A stretch of 64,000 nt of DNA. It comes from a virus. Position 1 is the stretch's first letter. Every line of letters starts with the position of its first letter. Below, piece after piece: positions 37,061-45,849 of this stretch. The translations under genes and the position numbers were made by a program. The notes under the pieces were generated by a model that saw only the letters and a program-made list of their open reading frames with translations, was not told the origin of the DNA and ran no database searches. The stretch lies in IMG/VR virus record IMGVR_UViG_3300025897_000009. One strand, given 5' to 3'.

Positions 37061-37937
37061 ACTTTACAGTTGTCCTCCACATTGTTCTTTCACCAGCAAA
37101 CTGATGGTATGCACCTCGATGCATGCATGCAGTGTTGTTAAAGATCAAACAATCACCTTCTTCCCAATCTACTTGACATAGCAAATCTTCATCATTCGTT
37201 AATAGCATAAAGATTTCATTTGCCAAGATGGCATTACTTTTGTGAGGCAATACAGATACAGGAGAGATATACAATGTCTCTCTGTCAAGTATGTGATTGT
37301 GTCTCAACAGGGGATGAGATACTTCATCGGAATAGAAGAAGTCTATATCTTTTCCAACAAATTGATGATGATACTTATCATATGCGTTGACAAAATCAAT
37401 AAGCATAGTGGAACCACCACCAAGTCTCGGATTAATAATATTATATTCTTCGATATCCTTATCTCTGTCTGTCTGAGTTGGTTTATAATTCTTTGCATAC
37501 AAAATTCCAATATCTGGTAGATCAATCCTATGAGGAAAGTCTACATGCCAGTTCTTAAACCCACCGATTAATGCTCTCTTTGCTTTGTATTCATCACTCA
37601 TGTCACCCAAACCAGACAATCCTATTTCAATCTCTTCTTCTTGGTCTAACCCAGCATAATCAAATATTGAGAATCCTGGCAGGTTGGTGTTTGCTAACAC
37701 ATTGCGTGATGTGGAACTTTGCTCTCTAAACTCAGACATTCTTGTAGAATTAGCAATACGACTTACTTCATGGACATGGTATTGATCATTGTAACAGTCT
37801 AAATCTATTTCACCAATAGATAAAGAAAAGTCATAGAACTCTTGTTCTGACAGATCTCCCAAATGTACCACGACAGCGAACTCAGTTTTCAAGTCCTGTC
37901 GTATCGAGTCTATGGAAGTTTTTTTGAGTTTCCTCAT
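37053..37937 (-). CDS. TauD/TfdA-family 2OG-dependent dioxygenase
   Basis: WHVD; GGST..D...AY; HPLLR; WEEGDCLIFNN...MHR; R.MWRT. Confidence 0.85.
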   Translation of the reverse strand: MRKLKKTSIDSIRQDLKTEFAVVVHLGDLSEQEFYDFSLSIGEIDLDCYNDQYHVHEVSRIANSTRMSEFREQSSTSRNVLANTNLPGFSIFDYAGLDQEEEIEIGLSGLGDMSDEYKAKRALIGGFKNWHVDFPHRIDLPDIGILYAKNYKPTQTDRDKDIEEYNIINPRLGGGSTMLIDFVNAYDKYHHQFVGKDIDFFYSDEVSHPLLRHNHILDRETLYISPVSVLPHKSNAILANEIFMLLTNDEDLLCQVDWEEGDCLIFNNTACMHRGAYHQFAGERTMWRTTVKYD

Positions 37938-38155
37938 ATAGGAAGTTTTCCTCTAGATTTTGCACCTTTTATCAGATTAAGATCTGATGCTTCTGCTTTA
38001 AGTCTATCCAGCAATGCATTGCTGAGCAGTCTTTTTGCTGATTCGGGTTCTAGAGAATAATTTTCACACACCCCTAAGATAGCATCGATGACTTCTGCAC
38101 CTTTACTAATCTTTGATTCAACTTGTTCAGAGAATTGTTTTTTTGAAAGTATCAT
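37934..38155 (-). CDS. gp33: late transcription coactivator gp33
   Basis: FSEQVE...IDAIL..CE...LEPE....LLS..L..RLKAEA..LNLIK...KLPI. Confidence 0.88.
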   Translation of the reverse strand: MILSKKQFSEQVESKISKGAEVIDAILGVCENYSLEPESAKRLLSNALLDRLKAEASDLNLIKGAKSRGKLPI

Positions 38156-38164
38156 AATTATCCA

Positions 38165-38314
38165 TTATATAAGTAATGATGCTGTAAACATCAGCAACAA
38201 TACGATTCCTAAGAAAGCAAATGCTAATGTTATTGCTACCATTAGAACAGCACTAGGAGTCAACTGTATATCGTTCACCTCAGTGCCAACTCCCAATAGG
38301 AGTTTTGCTATCAC
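38165..38314 (-). CDS. small single-pass membrane protein, 49 aa (GTG start; not in ORF track)
   Basis: MIAKLLLGVGTEVNDIQLTPSAVLMVAITLAFAFLGIVLLLMFTASLLI. Confidence 0.5.
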   Translation of the reverse strand: MIAKLLLGVGTEVNDIQLTPSAVLMVAITLAFAFLGIVLLLMFTASLLI

Positions 38315-38315
38315 C

Positions 38316-38516
38316 TTAAAAAATTTTGTCATTAAAATAAAACACTACCAGCATTGAACCAAAAGCAACTGCTTGTACAACTGCAGGTATTACAACAAAG
38401 TAAACCATTGCACTGAATTTGCCAGCACGGAAGAAATCCTTTTTCTCCCACTCGGAAACTTCTTCAGGTGAAGCATCCTTCGTAGCATTCAATGGCAAAG
38501 GTAATTGTTGTGCCAT
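38316..38516 (-). CDS. small membrane protein, 66 aa
   Basis: MAQQLPLPL...YFVVIPAVVQAVAFGSMLVVFYF; TAATG coupling favours a start at 38516. Confidence 0.65.
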   Translation of the reverse strand: MAQQLPLPLNATKDASPEEVSEWEKKDFFRAGKFSAMVYFVVIPAVVQAVAFGSMLVVFYFNDKIF

Positions 38517-38626
38517 TATATAAAACTCACAGACCCTGTGGTTGCTGCGATTGAAAATCCAAACATGCATATCAGCATGAGCAACCCTACATTGTCTTTC
38601 AGTTTTTGTAGTCTTCTCTCACTCAT
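38516..38626 (-). CDS. small membrane protein, 36 aa (not in ORF track)
   Basis: MSERRLQKLKDNVGLLMLICMFGFSIAATTGSVSFI. Confidence 0.5.
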   Translation of the reverse strand: MSERRLQKLKDNVGLLMLICMFGFSIAATTGSVSFI

Positions 38627-38629
38627 TGC

Positions 38630-38713
38630 TCATCCATTAATTAAAATGAATGGCACTGTTAATGCTGCAAAAAGTAAACAGAAAACAAAATCACGATGTA
38701 TGTTCTTTAACAT
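38630..38713 (-). CDS. small membrane peptide, 27 aa (not in ORF track)
   Basis: GGAG RBS; MLKNIHRDFVFCLLFAALTVPFILING. Confidence 0.5.
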   Translation of the reverse strand: MLKNIHRDFVFCLLFAALTVPFILING

Positions 38714-38750
38714 TTCTCTCCAAAGTTATAAATTGAACCAATTCGCAACA

Positions 38751-38758
38751 TATTTATA
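38751..38758 (-). promoter_or_regulatory. late promoter TATAAATA for the micro-membrane-protein operon
   Basis: exact consensus in an intergenic gap. Confidence 0.7.
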
Positions 38759-38783
38759 ACTAATGGGAGTCTATAAGTTTCAT

Positions 38784-39455
38784 TTATGAAACTTTTTCAT
38801 TGTTTTTTTCATAGAGATTGTAATACTGTGTTCTTACATCTACGAGTTTGGGAACCCAATGTTCAGGTTGATCCACAAACAACTGTGAAGAACTATCTTC
38901 ATCAACAGATACAATCGTCACGATGATCTTAGGCATCTCACCTGTCATTTCATAAACACATTGTGCGTATGCTGTTTCTTGTATTAAGTATCCTTCTATG
39001 TACTTATGGGTCTTTTGTTTGTTTGATGTTTTGAAGTCGATAATTGCTAACTCACCTCTAAAGTATCCTACACAATCACAGCGACCTGCGATACGATACT
39101 TATCACTGTACATAGCAGATTCTATGGCAAGTGGTTCTATCTTATCTAACAGAGGTACTATAGATTTGAAGTTTGCTTGTTGTAAAGGATTGTCAAATTC
39201 GAACTCTTCTTTGCGTAGATACTTCTCACATAGAGTATGGAAAGATGTACCTCTTCGAGCAGCACGACTTGATATTTCGTTTGCTTTTTTCTCTCCGACT
39301 CTTTTCTTCCATGCTTTGATTTGCTTTCTGCTTAAGAGTCCTGTCACTGATGTGACTGAGGGATATTTGTTGCCTTCGGGAGTGACATAATGTCTTTTCC
39401 CATCAATAGTTTGTGTCTTGAGATTAAACTCAGACAACTCTTCAAATGTCATCAT
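38784..39455 (-). CDS. PD-(D/E)XK exonuclease (T4-like phage family)
   Basis: RHYVTPEG.KYPSVTSV; W.KRVG; RGT.FH..CE.YL; AGRCDC...IIDFKTS; Q..AYA. Confidence 0.88.
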   Translation of the reverse strand: MMTFEELSEFNLKTQTIDGKRHYVTPEGNKYPSVTSVTGLLSRKQIKAWKKRVGEKKANEISSRAARRGTSFHTLCEKYLRKEEFEFDNPLQQANFKSIVPLLDKIEPLAIESAMYSDKYRIAGRCDCVGYFRGELAIIDFKTSNKQKTHKYIEGYLIQETAYAQCVYEMTGEMPKIIVTIVSVDEDSSSQLFVDQPEHWVPKLVDVRTQYYNLYEKNNEKVS

Positions 39456-39469
39456 AGTTATATTATACT

Positions 39470-40123
39470 TTATTTATCAAGTGATCGTAAGGTGGTTTTG
39501 AGATTTTCAAATTGCTGTTCGTTCCAACCCTCTTTATTTTTGTAGTGTTTCCATACCCTTTTCTGTAAAGGAACATCTTTACTTTCTTCAAACCCAAAGA
39601 TGGGTTTTAATTGTTCTATGTACAAACCTATAGGATTGATGCATCGTATCCCAACATATATGAGTTGTGTTTGAGTCTTTTCTATACCATGTGGAAGCGA
39701 AGACATGTAAGAAACTACTTCTCCTCTTTTAAAGAGATAATCTTCCCCATTAATACTAAAAGGCATATCAGTAAAAGGTATGATTGTCAAATCAGTAGGA
39801 AAAAACTCAGGATCTACATGCTCAGCAACCATATGTCCTTTAGGCATAATTCCACTTTGGGGTGAAAATCTGCATCTAGTGGAAAGTTTATCGATCTTAT
39901 CTTTTCGATCGGGAAATATATCACACAGTGCTTTATGAGATGCATCATGAAGAATATCGACATCATCATCATTTAGATGTCGCGACTTATCTATCACATA
40001 GTGCGACTGTTCTGTCATCTCTGAGAGTTTCATTCGAGCAGTCACTTCCCACAAATCAAACACAGATTGAGGAATCTCATTCAGAGTTTTGTATTTGATG
40101 TATATTGGATAGACTGAACTCAT
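39470..40123 (-). CDS. putative Fe(II)/2OG oxygenase-like (cupin) protein; paralog of 40120..40806
   Basis: PQSG...EHVD...PHG facial-triad pattern. Confidence 0.6.
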   Translation of the reverse strand: MSSVYPIYIKYKTLNEIPQSVFDLWEVTARMKLSEMTEQSHYVIDKSRHLNDDDVDILHDASHKALCDIFPDRKDKIDKLSTRCRFSPQSGIMPKGHMVAEHVDPEFFPTDLTIIPFTDMPFSINGEDYLFKRGEVVSYMSSLPHGIEKTQTQLIYVGIRCINPIGLYIEQLKPIFGFEESKDVPLQKRVWKHYKNKEGWNEQQFENLKTTLRSLDK

Positions 40124-40806
40124 TTTTTTAATTTGTTAACATCTATATCAAAAGGACTCTTTGCCATCAAGTTAGTTTGCGTTCCACCCTTAACTTCTTC
40201 ATCACCCCATGCTCGTTTCAGTCCACCTTTGATTTGAGTCAAGTCTACATATTCTATTTGCTCATACTCAAACATGTTTGATAGATGTTCTATAGAACAC
40301 CTGTAAGGATCTAGAGACATTCTTACACCTGCCCACTTCATATCTGTAGGATAAGCAGGTACAGCATGTGGTATATTAGTTGGTATAGACCAGACATCCC
40401 CTTTCTGTATAGGGTACAATGTACGATTCACTTCAATATGCATATCTGTTAATGATACGATCAATGGATCTTTGGCGAACATAAGATTATCTACATGTTC
40501 AGTCACACTAGAACCAACAGTCATATATCCAGATTGAGGCATGTAGACTAGTCCATTAATACCTGACCAATCGAGAAAGATACTCTTGACAAATTGATCT
40601 GCTAATTCTGAGAGATGTTCTTTTGCTTCATCTCCACTGGTTCTTTCACCAGTGATATCAGTTTCATAGATACCATCGTCAGATGGTTTGAAGATATATT
40701 TGTTACGATCAGTTGTTTCTTTTTCGTATCTGAGTGTTGCATCCCAAAACTCATAAGCAATGTCAGGAACTTCTATGTTTTTATACTTTATGAAACTTGG
40801 ATACAT
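40120..40806 (-). CDS. putative Fe(II)/2OG oxygenase-like (cupin) protein; paralog of 39470..40123
   Basis: PQSG...EHVD...PHAV; shared YP..IKYK start. Confidence 0.6.
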   Translation of the reverse strand: MYPSFIKYKNIEVPDIAYEFWDATLRYEKETTDRNKYIFKPSDDGIYETDITGERTSGDEAKEHLSELADQFVKSIFLDWSGINGLVYMPQSGYMTVGSSVTEHVDNLMFAKDPLIVSLTDMHIEVNRTLYPIQKGDVWSIPTNIPHAVPAYPTDMKWAGVRMSLDPYRCSIEHLSNMFEYEQIEYVDLTQIKGGLKRAWGDEEVKGGTQTNLMAKSPFDIDVNKLKK

Positions 40807-40954
40807 CTAAATCGTCTATGTCTGGCAACTTATCTGGATTCAGTATATCTAGGATATCTTGTTTCTCTTGTTCTTTAGAACCAAAGATTCTTTCCCACTC
40901 ATCTTGATATTTTGTGCCTACTTCTGGTCTGCGTTTACTTCCTTTGCCTGCCAT
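40781..40954 (-). CDS. small conserved phage protein, 57 aa (not in ORF track)
   Basis: MAGKGSKRRP....YQDEWERIFG motif. Confidence 0.6.
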   Translation of the reverse strand: MAGKGSKRRPEVGTKYQDEWERIFGSKEQEKQDILDILNPDKLPDIDDLDVSKFHKV

Positions 40955-41181
40955 TTTTTATTCCTTATGAATACCAATTCTTGTTCCCAGTTCTTTTTAT
41001 TCTGTTCTGATTCGCCCGATCCCTTCTGAGCCAATATAACTCGACCCCCATCCATGTCAATCCTAATAGAATCAGTGGAGACCACCTCACCATGTCTTCC
41101 AATAAATACACCTGTCAATTCTCCTTTTGTATCTTCGGGATGAAGATTTGTTATCAATTCTATAAGTTCTTCCTTCATCAT
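40918..41181 (-). CDS. hypothetical protein
   Basis: 87-aa ORF, ATGA overlap. Confidence 0.6.
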   Translation of the reverse strand: MMKEELIELITNLHPEDTKGELTGVFIGRHGEVVSTDSIRIDMDGGRVILAQKGSGESEQNKKNWEQELVFIRNKKWQAKEVNADQK

Positions 41182-41498
41182 AATAATTTGCTAATCACTG
41201 TTTGTAGAAATAGAATTAATCCGACACCATTGAGCACGATAAGTGCTCTATCGTTCCAAAGAAACCCTACAATCATCCATCCTGATACACCTATGATGCT
41301 AAGTCCTAAGTCCCAATTGACTAACTCAACATTTCCTCTAATTGTCATGCTTGCTAATATAAAAGCACTGGCAGTCCATTTGATGTACCATGAAAGATCT
41401 TGTTTGGGTGTAGCACTTTTACTAATTCTAGTAGAGTTTTCTATTTCCTCAATAGTAAATTCTTGTCCCTTAGCAGATATAATTTTATTTTCGGACAT
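41178..41498 (-). CDS. small multi-pass membrane protein
   Basis: SWYIKWTASAFIL...GWMIVGFLWNDRALIVLN, about 3 TM segments. Confidence 0.7.
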   Translation of the reverse strand: MSENKIISAKGQEFTIEEIENSTRISKSATPKQDLSWYIKWTASAFILASMTIRGNVELVNWDLGLSIIGVSGWMIVGFLWNDRALIVLNGVGLILFLQTVISKLL

Positions 41499-41817
41499 TT
41501 CTTTCTTTCTCTTTTTGCTGTTTGACTACATGCTTGGCAACAGTCTCGATAGTTTTCTTTTGTTTGATAGAACGATTGTCACCAACCTTATCTGCGACTG
41601 CTGATCCTGGATGTGCCTCTGCCACTTTTTGTAACACTTCATTGAATCCACTGTTTGCCATTTTTCCTTCCATGCTAGTACCACTGATCACTGCAGGTGC
41701 AGTCACCACTCTTTGTATATGTGGAAATTTTTTTAGAAACTCTTCAAGTTCTGCATATGGCATGAGAACATCATAGGTCTCACTTTTTTTGTAATCGTGT
41801 ACTGTATAGGTTGGCAT
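41485..41817 (-). CDS. conserved T4-like phage hypothetical protein
   Basis: MPTY......E..........EEFL...PH......AP...GFNEVLQKV...HPGS. Confidence 0.75.
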   Translation of the reverse strand: MPTYTVHDYKKSETYDVLMPYAELEEFLKKFPHIQRVVTAPAVISGTSMEGKMANSGFNEVLQKVAEAHPGSAVADKVGDNRSIKQKKTIETVAKHVVKQQKEKERNVRK

Positions 41818-41826
41818 AATAAATCC

Positions 41827-42165
41827 TCATGATTGCTCACTCATAGTTCTGGCAATCTGTCGTAGTATAGCATCAACATCTTCTGAATCGTTTGATGCGT
41901 CTACAAGTTCTTCTATCATAGCAATAACATCGTCATTGATATCGATAGGAGCATCTCTAGATGTTCCTAAAGCAACGACCAGTTTGTCTGCTAATTCGTC
42001 TGGTATCTTGATCTCATGAGACATCTCACCAACAACAACTTCTTCTGGTCTGCGAAATCTTACTATGTGACTTGCGAATTCCATGTTCTCGGCATCCACA
42101 TAATCTGTGTACCATGTGTCGGTGTCATCGCAATACCATTCGGTTGCATATCTTGTTTTAGGCAT
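41827..42165 (-). CDS. hypothetical protein
   Basis: 112-aa acidic ORF. Confidence 0.6.
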   Translation of the reverse strand: MPKTRYATEWYCDDTDTWYTDYVDAENMEFASHIVRFRRPEEVVVGEMSHEIKIPDELADKLVVALGTSRDAPIDINDDVIAMIEELVDASNDSEDVDAILRQIARTMSEQS

Positions 42166-42173
42166 ACTATTAT

Positions 42174-42710
42174 TTAGTTTGCCATGAATGCTGGTGTTGG
42201 TCTATCTGTCCATTTAGCGAATGTTTTTTTGTATTCGCGATAATAATTTTGGTATGCTTCTACGCAATCTTCTACCTTTACATCATCTGGCATTGCTTGC
42301 GGAGGAGCAAAGAACCTTTTGTTGATAGGTATGTTCTTTGGAGGTAAAGCAAGTATCTCTCTAAGTTTTTCATCTGTAGCATGAACTCTACCATATCTTC
42401 TAGTGTATTCATCACATAGAGAACAGAACAATTTGTAAAGGAAGTGATAATTGTAAGCACTCTCTCGAGTCCATATAGCACTCGGATGGTTTACATGTGA
42501 TGCTTTGTAAAGAGTTGCTTCTGCATTGCCACTCAATCTCCATCTTTGGATTCTTCTTCCACTACTGGCATCAATGTAGTGTTCACCATCTAACATTCTG
42601 TGAGCAGTGCTCATCAGTTGGGCATACTCAATAATCATTTTGACTACATGCTTGTCACAATGTAATCTTGCTGCGATCTTAGGGTCTTTATCTAGATAAA
42701 ATATATTCAT
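42174..42710 (-). CDS. pyrimidine-dimer DNA glycosylase-like protein (DenV-related family)
   Basis: MNIFYLD.DP..AA..HCDKHVVKMI.E.AQL.STAHR...H.NHPS..W.RES..NY...EYT.RYG..H. Confidence 0.75.
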   Translation of the reverse strand: MNIFYLDKDPKIAARLHCDKHVVKMIIEYAQLMSTAHRMLDGEHYIDASSGRRIQRWRLSGNAEATLYKASHVNHPSAIWTRESAYNYHFLYKLFCSLCDEYTRRYGRVHATDEKLREILALPPKNIPINKRFFAPPQAMPDDVKVEDCVEAYQNYYREYKKTFAKWTDRPTPAFMAN

Positions 42711-42717
42711 AACACAT

Positions 42718-42746
42718 ATGATACTGTTTTGTTATGGTGTCGTAAA
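42718..42746 (-). promoter_or_regulatory. early promoter TTTACG-N17-TATCAT, 7 nt before the ATG at 42710
   Basis: copy of the TTTACGACAC motif. Confidence 0.65.
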
Positions 42747-43283
42747 GTGACTAATCCATTCTTCATAAAATTCTTCCATTTCAGTTGATGCTGTAAACTT
42801 TGTATGATCAATTGTTTTCCAAATAGGCAGATCTTGCTCGGTTTGCATTTTAGCATCTGCCATAAATAAATCACCCACAGTGTGTGGCATGCCTTCTGGC
42901 AACCAGAACTCTGCTGTGAGTTCTGTTTCATGCTCATCAACTTCTGTAAGTTTGTTTAGATTGGTCACCAAATGTACATCATCTACATAGATATCTAATC
43001 GATTGTTGAATGGGTCAAAACTTCTTACTCTTACAAAGGATCTCTTGCCTTCTGGTAAAGTTTTTACATCTCTGGGTTCTGATAAGTAAGTCTCTATGTA
43101 TGCTACATGATCATAATTGTCATGGCATAGTTCATAACCATAGTCTACGACTTCTACCTTGCCCCAACCATGTACTGTAGTAAAATGAGGAATGTCGAAT
43201 GCATTCCGTGTAATATTAATGTAATTCGTGGGAATGTCCATTGTGTAGACATCATGCAAAACTAATTCTGATTCTGGTACCAT
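42732..43283 (-). CDS. Rieske-oxygenase catalytic (mononuclear Fe) domain-like protein lacking the Rieske domain
   Basis: NAFDIPHFTTVH (N-x2-D-x2-H-x4-H) and distal EQDLPIW. Confidence 0.6.
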   Translation of the reverse strand: MVPESELVLHDVYTMDIPTNYINITRNAFDIPHFTTVHGWGKVEVVDYGYELCHDNYDHVAYIETYLSEPRDVKTLPEGKRSFVRVRSFDPFNNRLDIYVDDVHLVTNLNKLTEVDEHETELTAEFWLPEGMPHTVGDLFMADAKMQTEQDLPIWKTIDHTKFTASTEMEEFYEEWISHFTTP

Positions 43284-43819
43284 TTTATATAATTATCCAA
43301 TATAGGATCAATATCTGATTCTGGAATATGTATAGACACTTGATCCAATATGTCTTCATCCTCTCTTGTTATAGGTTGCTTTGCTTTAAACACTGACTCC
43401 ATAAAAACTCGGTTGAATTGGGGAGATTCAGTGTTATATAAGAAGATTTCTTTGTGTTTACAAGAGTTTTCATCTATATTTTCATTGGTTTCTATCGTTG
43501 TGTACATATAGTCACCATTCAGGTTGTAATTGTCAACGATTAACTCGTCTCTCTTATGAGATGCAATTTTGGTCATGAAATTATGCTTGCCTCCAGGCAT
43601 TGTTGCCTTGTAGCATATAAAAGCATATCTTTCAAATGAAGTGTGTACCACTTCTACATTGGTAAAGTTGTGTAGATGTTCTAGATGAGGAATATCAAAA
43701 GCATTCATTGTCATGATGAATGCTGGTGCAGGAAGAGTTAAGTAATGCTCTTTGTATATTTCATACTTATCGATCTTCCTTTGTGCTTGTTCAGAATACA
43801 TGTTAGTCCTTTTTATCAA
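43262..43819 (-). CDS. Rieske-oxygenase catalytic domain-like protein; paralog of 42732..43283
   Basis: NAFDIPHLEHLH and distal REDEDIL. Confidence 0.6.
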   Translation of the reverse strand: MIKRTNMYSEQAQRKIDKYEIYKEHYLTLPAPAFIMTMNAFDIPHLEHLHNFTNVEVVHTSFERYAFICYKATMPGGKHNFMTKIASHKRDELIVDNYNLNGDYMYTTIETNENIDENSCKHKEIFLYNTESPQFNRVFMESVFKAKQPITREDEDILDQVSIHIPESDIDPILDNYIKWYQNQN

Positions 43820-44045
43820 TGTATCTTAGAATAACCTGTCGTTCTGTGCTAGAGAAGTCATCTTTAAAACTCTTGGGTCCATACATGCTACCAAATCGAG
43901 TAAGTTTGTCACCTGCAGTAATCGCAGCATTCCATTCTTCATCATTGTATTGAATAAGCATTTCTTCTGCTGACTTTACAATCTCTCTCCCCAGATTCGC
44001 CATATACTTTTCGGCAGGTGTCATATCATAAACATTAATTTTCAT
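43803..44045 (-). CDS. hypothetical protein
   Basis: 80-aa ORF with overlaps on both sides. Confidence 0.6.
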   Translation of the reverse strand: MKINVYDMTPAEKYMANLGREIVKSAEEMLIQYNDEEWNAAITAGDKLTRFGSMYGPKSFKDDFSSTERQVILRYIDKKD

Positions 44046-44233
44046 TTTTTCTCCTTGAGAGTTTCATAGTATAGTTTTTGTAATTGGTTTACATTGGTTT
44101 TGAGAACAGCATTTTCTGATGTTAATGCTTTGTTCTCTTTCTTGAGTGCGATAATCTGCCTTCTTAACTGTTCTTCTAATGTATCGTTCAAACTACCCCA
44201 ATCTTCCATAGTTATATTATAAGTATTTCTCAT
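44042..44233 (-). CDS. small coiled-coil hypothetical protein
   Basis: heptad pattern LEEQLRRQIIALKKENKAL. Confidence 0.55.
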   Translation of the reverse strand: MRNTYNITMEDWGSLNDTLEEQLRRQIIALKKENKALTSENAVLKTNVNQLQKLYYETLKEKK

Positions 44234-44831
44234 AGTGTGAGATAGTCATTTTTGCTATTTCTTTTGCTTTAATTTGCGCAATGCTGTCTTGAAGTCCCCA
44301 TACTCCTGGATCGAGGACAAGGATTTTTCCACCTGCTTCTTGGGTGAGTGCTTTGCAGATTTCAACTTGCGATAACTTATATATCCGATAACTAGCAGAG
44401 ACACGAATGTCTTTATGATTAGCATCGGCAGCAATACTACTGATGTGAACAATGGGTGTACCTCTCTTGACATACTCTCGATAGATTGCTAAGTAAGAAG
44501 TCACATTAGCAGTAAACCTTTCGTTGAGTGTCCATAAATTTTGATCCATGGCAGGAGAACCATTCATTCCTGTCATCATCATGTCGGAATCTTCTCTCTC
44601 TACTTCCCATTGATGCGCAACTCCTATCACAACATCAACATCGGGTGCATTGTCTACAAAATTTGAGACTTGCATGAGATTGTTGAGATTCAACTGAATG
44701 TATTTATCTATTTTTTGTTTCTGTGTGCGTTGCCAACTTCTAGTTGTTCGGAGTACTTCATGTTGGGGGGATAACTCTTCGTAGAGTGCTTTTCCTAGTC
44801 CTGTGCGACCACCTAATGTGAGAATTTTCAT
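44217..44831 (-). CDS. short-chain dehydrogenase/reductase
   Basis: ILTLGGRTGLGKAL, HISS, YRIYK (YxxxK), LDPG. Confidence 0.75.
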   Translation of the reverse strand: MKILTLGGRTGLGKALYEELSPQHEVLRTTRSWQRTQKQKIDKYIQLNLNNLMQVSNFVDNAPDVDVVIGVAHQWEVEREDSDMMMTGMNGSPAMDQNLWTLNERFTANVTSYLAIYREYVKRGTPIVHISSIAADANHKDIRVSASYRIYKLSQVEICKALTQEAGGKILVLDPGVWGLQDSIAQIKAKEIAKMTISHYEKYL

Positions 44832-44847
44832 AATGTAAAGGTTTTAT

Positions 44848-45336
44848 TTACCAACCAGATTCAGGTATTGTAAACCTGCTATCGGTCAGGGGAAGACTTG
44901 CATAAGTTTTGTTCTTATCTCCATCCTCCATTGAATCTACTGTTTCAACTATAAAATCTAAAAAATCATTAATAAGTGCTTGTCCTGATTCTGTGTCGGA
45001 CTCATATTTAATATCACCATTGTAATTTGATCTGACAAACCTATGCTGATTGGATAATCCGTTATCAGTTCCAAAGTTTTCTTTGCAGAATGATAACCAA
45101 GTCTCCTCATTTGACCATTTGATCTGTAGTTCTACATAATCATTGCCTTTGATTAGTTCTACAGATTCTATGATGCCTGTTGCGTCTACATAATCATTAA
45201 ATGTCTGTGCACCTGAAAAGATTGGGATGATGTCTATGACATACTGATTAGTTTCTGGATCGATGACATTTGTAACCATATGATGATGAAATTCATTCAC
45301 ATTACTTACATTATATCGATTGGTTGTTGTGATCAT
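44848..45336 (-). CDS. hypothetical protein, one of three tandem paralogs
   Basis: shared D..T..Y, FN..VD.G.I..V, L...W.N...W..F, terminal P..GW. Confidence 0.7.
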   Translation of the reverse strand: MITTTNRYNVSNVNEFHHHMVTNVIDPETNQYVIDIIPIFSGAQTFNDYVDATGIIESVELIKGNDYVELQIKWSNEETWLSFCKENFGTDNGLSNQHRFVRSNYNGDIKYESDTESGQALINDFLDFIVETVDSMEDGDKNKTYASLPLTDSRFTIPESGW

Positions 45337-45339
45337 AAT

Positions 45340-45849
45340 TTATTCGGAAGGTATTGCCCATCCTTCTGCTGGAGCAGCAAACTGTGGGTGTTTATCATCT
45401 AATGCTGAAAGTGTAAATATGTTACAATGTTCTTCTTTTTGAGAAACCTCTTTCAGTACATAATTACACCATTCTTCATAATGGTCTCTTGCTGTTTCAT
45501 TGGTTTCATCATAAGAATAATTTATCGTTGCATTCCACAATGCTCGAGTATTCCTATAATTGATAGAAATGCCTGTCTCTCCAACCCAATTAGTCTTCAT
45601 ATAATTCAACCATTCTGATGTGTTGTTCCAGATGATAGAGAGAGTGACATGTGTTGAGTCATTCTCAATTATTTTTACAGCATTGATATGTCCAGCATCA
45701 ACAGCACTGTTGAATGCTGACACAGCAGAAAAATGAGTTGCTGTAGAATCGCGATATTTTTTTGTATGGGTATCTAAAATAACAGAACCTATATTGTTCG
45801 CGAAGTCAGTTGCATTATCGACTGTATATGTAATGCTGTGGGTTATCAT
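45340..45849 (-). CDS. hypothetical protein, one of three tandem paralogs
   Basis: as above; LDDKH..F..P..GW. Confidence 0.7.
   Translation of the reverse strand: MITHSITYTVDNATDFANNIGSVILDTHTKKYRDSTATHFSAVSAFNSAVDAGHINAVKIIENDSTHVTLSIIWNNTSEWLNYMKTNWVGETGISINYRNTRALWNATINYSYDETNETARDHYEEWCNYVLKEVSQKEEHCNIFTLSALDDKHPQFAAPAEGWAIPSE

Noticed and set aside
38784-39455. Cas4/CRISPR association of the exonuclease
   Set aside because: Lacks the four-Cys cluster pattern, no array nearby, and this nuclease is a routine T4-like gene.
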